Shown piece by piece: positions 61,590 through 64,000 of a stretch of DNA of 64,000 nucleotides. Numbering within the stretch: position 1 is the first letter of the stretch; every line of letters begins with the position of its first letter. A program made the position numbers and the translations under genes. The notes beneath the pieces were generated by a model. That model did not search any database. It was not told the origin of the DNA and was given only the letters and a program-made list of their open reading frames with translations. This DNA is from an uncultured Gemmatimonadaceae bacterium (lineage in GTDB: Bacteria; Gemmatimonadota; Gemmatimonadetes; Gemmatimonadales; GWC2-71-9), in contig CAZNLY010000002.1 in the NCBI GenBank assembly GCA_964574295.1, positions 39,458 to 103,457 of the forward strand. Direction: 5' to 3'.

Positions 61590-62174
61590 TCAGGCCTTCC
61601 GCAACAGCTCCATCAGGGGCGCCAGGATCCGCTCCGTCATCCCCCAGACCGGTATCGGGCCTACGTGGTAGGCGGGAAATTCCCGGCTGGCGCCGCGGAG
61701 CTCGATCCGGACCGGCCGGTAGGTGCCCGGGTCGAGGAGCGCCCCGAGCGCCACCCAGTGGTGGTCCGCCACTTCGGCGTTCGGCGTGACCCGGGGCTGC
61801 GCGGCGAGCGCGAAGACGAACGGCCGCACCATGAGCGGCGGCAGGTGCGGGCTCTTCGGCGCCACATCATCCAGCGCGCCGATCAGCGCGGCGTCCTCGA
61901 GCGCGACGCCCACCTCTTCCATCGCCTCGCGCACGGCGGTGTGCAGCAGGTCCCGATCGTCCGGGCCGCTTCGGCCGCCGGGCAGGCCCATCTGGCCGGA
62001 CCAGGGGTCGCCGGCGCGCTCGGCGCGGCGGATGAGCAGGATGGCGTCGGGGTCGGGCGCCGCGATGACCGCGACCGCCGCCCGGGCCAGGGTGGGATCG
62101 TCGGCGCGCGTGGGGACCTGCCCGGCCAGGGCGCGCGCCAGCCGGATGTGCAACGGGCTCGATGACTGCGGCAC
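61590..62174 (-). CDS. NUDIX hydrolase (CoA pyrophosphatase-like)
   Basis: GTG start; there is no in-frame ATG near the domain start. Nudix box GLPGGRSGPDDRDLLHTAVREAMEEVGV and an upstream AILLIRRAER. Confidence 0.8.
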   Translation of the reverse strand: MPQSSSPLHIRLARALAGQVPTRADDPTLARAAVAVIAAPDPDAILLIRRAERAGDPWSGQMGLPGGRSGPDDRDLLHTAVREAMEEVGVALEDAALIGALDDVAPKSPHLPPLMVRPFVFALAAQPRVTPNAEVADHHWVALGALLDPGTYRPVRIELRGASREFPAYHVGPIPVWGMTERILAPLMELLRKA

Positions 62175-62190
62175 GATCTGTCGTCGGAGA

Positions 62191-62685
62191 TCAGGGAGTC
62201 GCGCCGACCGCCGCGCCCGGCGGTGCGGTGTCTGGGTTCCCGCCGTCGAACACCACCTTCCAGCCGCCGTCAGCCTGCCGGCGCCAGATGGTGACGTACT
62301 TGCCGGTGTGCTCCTCGGCCACGCCGACGGGCCCGGCGCGGCTGCTGCGCCAGGTGCCGAGGGTGTATCCCAGGTCGCCGGCCGCGCTGGCGAAAGCCAT
62401 CGTCGGTTCCCACGTGAGATGCCACGCCGTGTCGGCAAAGGCCGGAGCCATCGTGGCGCGCACGGCCGCGAGTCCGGGGGTGAACGGCCGGTCGGCCTCC
62501 ATCTGGATGCCGGTGGTGTCGAACGCGCTCATCCACCCCTCGAGGCCGCGTTCCGCGGTCGCCGCCGCGAACGCCCGGTCTGCGGCGAGCAGGGACTCGC
62601 GCACCGCGGCGGCATCGGGCGCGGCGGGGGCGCAGGCCATCGCGAGGAGGGGGGAAAGCGCGAGTGCGCGGAGGAGGGGACGCAT
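62191..62685 (-). CDS. DUF4440/SnoaL-like (NTF2 fold) lipoprotein
   Basis: Starts at an internal ATG. Lipobox LLAMAC. ..GKYVTIWRRQADGGWKVVFDGG is typical of DUF4440. Confidence 0.75.
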   Translation of the reverse strand: MRPLLRALALSPLLAMACAPAAPDAAAVRESLLAADRAFAAATAERGLEGWMSAFDTTGIQMEADRPFTPGLAAVRATMAPAFADTAWHLTWEPTMAFASAAGDLGYTLGTWRSSRAGPVGVAEEHTGKYVTIWRRQADGGWKVVFDGGNPDTAPPGAAVGATP

Positions 62686-62698
62686 GGATCGGCCTCGG

Positions 62699-63532
62699 TC
62701 AGCGAAGATGGCGGGAAAACCACGCGAGGGTGGCATCGGCGGCGGTGGTGAAGGCGGCGGTCGGTCCCTTCCAGGGATGCACCGTCTCGAAGGTGTGTCC
62801 GGCGCCGGGGACGAGGTGCAGCTCGGCCCGCCCCCCGGACGCCGCGTGCAGCGCCCGCGCCTCGGCCACCGGGACGCTCGCGTCGCCCTCGCCGTGGAGG
62901 AGCAGCCAGGGCGCGGTGACGCGCGCGGCGGCGGCAGCGATGTCGAGTGCGGCCCCCCGCGAGGCAATGTCATCGAGGACGTCGGTGCCCATGGGGAGGA
63001 CCTGGCCGGTGCGCGTGTTCACCACGTCGTAGCTGCCGCGGGCGCGCCAGGCGGCAATCTCGTCCGGCGAGTACCGGTGCACGGTGCTGATCGCGGCCCA
63101 GGTGACGAGCGCCGAGAGGCCCGGATCGGCGGCAGCGGCCAGGATGGCGAGCCCGCCGCCGCGGGAATGCCCCACGATCCCGACCGAGGACGCCGGGGCG
63201 AACCCGAGCCCGCCCTGCCGGGTGGCGTCGAGCACGCTCTGGAGGTCGCCGAGGTCGCCGCTGTAGGTAGCGCGGGCAAAGCGCTCGGGAAAGACGAACT
63301 CCCCGGAATCATCCACGCCGCTGCCGCCGAGGTTGAGGCTCACCGCCGTGAACCCGGCCCGGGCCAGCCGCTCGGCGAGGGGCGGGAACATCCCCCAATC
63401 CTTGAACCCCTTGAAGCCGTGGACGACGAGGACGGCGGGCCGGGGACGGACGCGGTCGCCGGTGCGCACGTCCACGAGGATGTCGCCGAGGTAGCCCGGC
63501 AGGCGATGGCGCGAGAGGCTCGGCGTGGCCAC
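62699..63532 (-). CDS. Alpha/beta hydrolase
   Basis: Nucleophile elbow GHSRGG and oxyanion region VVHGFKGF. C-terminal Asp/His (GEGDASV.., GAGHTF). Confidence 0.85.
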   Translation of the reverse strand: MATPSLSRHRLPGYLGDILVDVRTGDRVRPRPAVLVVHGFKGFKDWGMFPPLAERLARAGFTAVSLNLGGSGVDDSGEFVFPERFARATYSGDLGDLQSVLDATRQGGLGFAPASSVGIVGHSRGGGLAILAAAADPGLSALVTWAAISTVHRYSPDEIAAWRARGSYDVVNTRTGQVLPMGTDVLDDIASRGAALDIAAAAARVTAPWLLLHGEGDASVPVAEARALHAASGGRAELHLVPGAGHTFETVHPWKGPTAAFTTAADATLAWFSRHLR

Positions 63533-63535
63533 CCT

Positions 63536-64000
63536 TCAGCGCACCGCCCCTTCGAGGATCTCGAGTTCGCAGGCGGAGGCGTCGAGCCGTGCCGGCACCC
63601 CGAGCGGCAGGGTCCACTGGTCGTCCACGTGGCCGATAGGGAAGCCGTACGCGACGGGCACCTTGAGCGGAGCCAGGTAGGTTGCCAGCACCTGGTCGAA
63701 GCCGAGGGCGCCGTCGCCGGTGCCGCGCTTCATCTCGGTGAACTGCCCGACGAGCACGCCGGCCACCCGCTGCAGGGCGCCGACCGAACGGAGCTGCGCG
63801 AGCATCCGGTCCACCGAATAGAGGTCCTCGCCGACGTCCTCGAAGAAGAGGAGGCAGCCGTCGAGGTCGGGAAAGTACCGGGTGCCGATCAGGCACTGGA
63901 GCAGTGTCAGGTTGCCGCCGACGAGGGGGCCCGTGGCCTCGCCCGGGACCAGCGTCACCAGGCGGCCCTGTGCGGGCACGAGGACGTCGGCGGGCGGGGC
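63536..64000 (-). CDS. ldcA: LD-carboxypeptidase (S66, LdcA-like); N-terminal part lies outside the window
   Basis: The frame is open to the window end. The C-terminal domain pattern is GGNLTLLQCLIGTRYFPDLDGCLLFFEDVGE..YSVDRMLAQL..GFPIGHV. Confidence 0.85.
   Translation of the reverse strand, partial: APPADVLVPAQGRLVTLVPGEATGPLVGGNLTLLQCLIGTRYFPDLDGCLLFFEDVGEDLYSVDRMLAQLRSVGALQRVAGVLVGQFTEMKRGTGDGALGFDQVLATYLAPLKVPVAYGFPIGHVDDQWTLPLGVPARLDASACELEILEGAVR

Noticed and set aside
60825-61590. A yybP-ykoY type Mn2+ riboswitch controlling mntH.
   Set aside because: mntH overlaps the mntR stop, so it has no leader. The 78-nt region upstream of mntR is AT-rich with protein-operator-like palindromes rather than a four-way junction RNA.

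Overview
Very GC-rich bacterial chromosomal segment: third codon positions are almost all G/C, and every frame carries long spurious shadow ORFs. It is densely packed with about 62 protein genes and two tRNA genes. I found no transposase, integrase, CRISPR array, rRNA or recognisable prophage. The protein repertoire (many TPR-linked Ser/Thr kinase-type proteins, S46/M48 peptidases, DUF4384, Mla-like system) suggests a Gemmatimonadota-like or similar diderm soil bacterium; this is inference only. Recognisable content, in order: glcDEF glycolate oxidase plus ygfZ and an epimerase. A 12-gene co-directional minus-strand array (rhodanese, GNAT, flavoprotein, DinB, SulP, FKBP, YciI, S46 and M48 peptidases, MFS, kinase-like protein, lipoprotein). 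An O-antigen-ligase-like protein and a Vgb-like propeller. ADP-forming acetyl-CoA synthetase. LOG and efp. A symporter / nucleotidyltransferase / GHMP-kinase sugar-salvage operon. cutC. A divergent Ser/Thr kinase and PP2C pair. An orphan Phd/YefM antitoxin beside tRNA-Gln and tRNA-Ala. A class II photolyase. A mlaEFD-rnz operon. A short mutY. A six-gene translationally coupled nadE / thioesterase / patatin / DUF2203 / membrane / Tat-PLP-enzyme operon. crcB-DUF190-DUF442. A DUF4384 protein with an extreme Tyr/Gly block. A glycoside-hydrolase-like protein plus a TPR/beta-barrel protein. An mntR-mntH-OMP operon. NUDIX, NTF2-like, alpha/beta hydrolase and ldcA (partial). The most unusual items are the exported DUF4384 / YG-rich / RG-rich protein, the six-gene coupled operon, the EF-P with Asn at the normally modified loop tip, the back-to-back apparently leaderless nadE/crcB starts, and the mntH-coupled outer-membrane barrel. 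CDS coordinates come from the supplied ORF track, with internal starts derived by residue counting. Coordinates of small non-coding features may be off by 1-2 nt.
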